Shown here: positions 31,429 through 32,000 of the stretch, piece after piece | Position numbering within the stretch: position 1 is the stretch's first letter | How the letters are laid out: each line of letters begins with the position of its first letter | Source of the DNA: Ignicoccus pacificus DSM 13166 | GTDB lineage: Archaea; Thermoproteota; Thermoprotei_A; Sulfolobales; Ignicoccaceae | Length of the DNA: 32,000 bases | Direction: 5' to 3' | NCBI GenBank assembly: GCA_025340205.1 | Contig: CP006868.1 | Location: forward strand, 1,410,001 to 1,442,000 | Position numbers and translations under genes: made by a program | The notes under the pieces: generated by a model | Told to the model about the DNA's origin: nothing | Databases searched by the model: none | The model's input: only the letters and a program-made list of their open reading frames with translations

Positions 31429-31942
31429 TGCCTCGGAGGAACTCGAAAACTATGAAGCCTACCAAGAAGCCCCCAACGACATCCAAGGGGTAGTGCATGC
31501 ACAGCTCTATCCTAGACCAGCCTACCAGAAACGCATAGATCAAAGCCGGGATCCTAAGTTGGGGGTACAAGTAACCTATCCAGAGAGCGACCCACATGGC
31601 CCTAGCAGAGTGACCCGAGGGGTATCCTAAGCCCTCTATATCACATAGACTAGCTGGGACGCCTATGGGCCTGGGACTCTGGAACACGCACTTGAGAGCC
31701 GCCACTGCTACGTTAAGCGCTATAGCGGAAAGCACTACTTCCTTCCAGTTAATTCCCTTCCTTGTTGCCAAGTATGCTATAACAACTACCCATATGATAA
31801 AGGAGGTTAGCTTCTGCGTATAAGATATCCAATACGCTACCTCCTTAAGTCCCTCTACGCTGAAACAAGGTATCCTGGTAGCGAAAGGTCCAAGGATCAC
31901 CAAGAGTACTAGAGCCGCTATCAGCGCTACCCTCGACCTCAC
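31355..31942 (-). CDS. PAP2-family membrane phosphatase
   Basis: The motifs are KCVFQSPRP (KxxxxxxRP), PSGHS and SRIELCMHYPLDV (SRxxxxxHxxxD), set among TM helices. The start is GTG. A low-complexity 3' tail overlaps the next gene. Confidence 0.8.
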   Translation of the reverse strand: MRSRVALIAALVLLVILGPFATRIPCFSVEGLKEVAYWISYTQKLTSFIIWVVVIAYLATRKGINWKEVVLSAIALNVAVAALKCVFQSPRPIGVPASLCDIEGLGYPSGHSARAMWVALWIGYLYPQLRIPALIYAFLVGWSRIELCMHYPLDVVGGFLVGFIVFEFLRGSGGGRKVEGSQAQRGGSRGSAEGS

Positions 31943-32000
31943 CTCGGGTCTCCAAGCCTTCCCATGCTACGTGAGGCGTTTAATCGTATACCCATTCTCT

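Noticed and set aside
1-32000. Window-wide scan for CRISPR arrays, IS elements or transposases, integrases, and rRNA or tRNA genes
   Set aside because: None was recognised by eye. There are no regularly spaced direct repeats, no DDE, tyrosine or serine recombinase motifs, and no cloverleaf-like sequences in the intergenic gaps. A covariance-model scan (tRNAscan-SE, Infernal) would be needed to exclude small RNAs definitively.

Overview
This window looks like a very compact stretch of chromosome (roughly 90% coding) from a hyperthermophilic archaeon. The evidence is a proteasome-activating nucleotidase, a short archaeal PurA, an archaeal-type RNase HI, class III (PibD-type) signal peptides, TATA-box promoters and oligo-T terminators. 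Frequent GTG/TTG starts follow GGAGG-like Shine-Dalgarno (SD, ribosome-binding) motifs, and AGG/AGA/ATA codons are common. A Desulfurococcales/Ignicoccus-like host is only a guess. I call about 40 CDS. I found no rRNA, tRNA, CRISPR array, transposase or integrase.

Housekeeping genes:
- aroE, purA, PAN, RNase HI
- a THUMP tRNA m2G methyltransferase
- a YrdC/TsaC-type enzyme and a PAP2 phosphatase
- a HAD phosphatase and a USP
- a CBS protein, a ferredoxin and an Isf-like flavoprotein

Regions most worth a second look:
1. A ~1.8 kb low-GC island (2702-4540). It carries an ABC/AAA_21-type ATPase translationally coupled to a 103-aa orphan protein, plus a 62-aa ORF. I cannot fit this to any described defence or TA system.
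2. A minus-strand surface-appendage locus (10181-14545). Two diverged paralogous ~300-aa pilin-like proteins flank a 533-aa polytopic membrane protein and are followed by a beta-propeller. There is no assembly ATPase or FlaJ/PilC-like platform in the window.
3. An Enterococcus-type long tyrosine decarboxylase homologue.
4. A HEPN/MNT pair whose HEPN gene is frameshifted.
5. A reverse-order PIN-like/66-aa/USP operon.
6. A protein with ten consecutive 11-residue (hendecad) repeats.
7. A candidate C/D box sRNA in a 53-nt convergent gap.

All family assignments come from motif recognition by eye. No database search was run.
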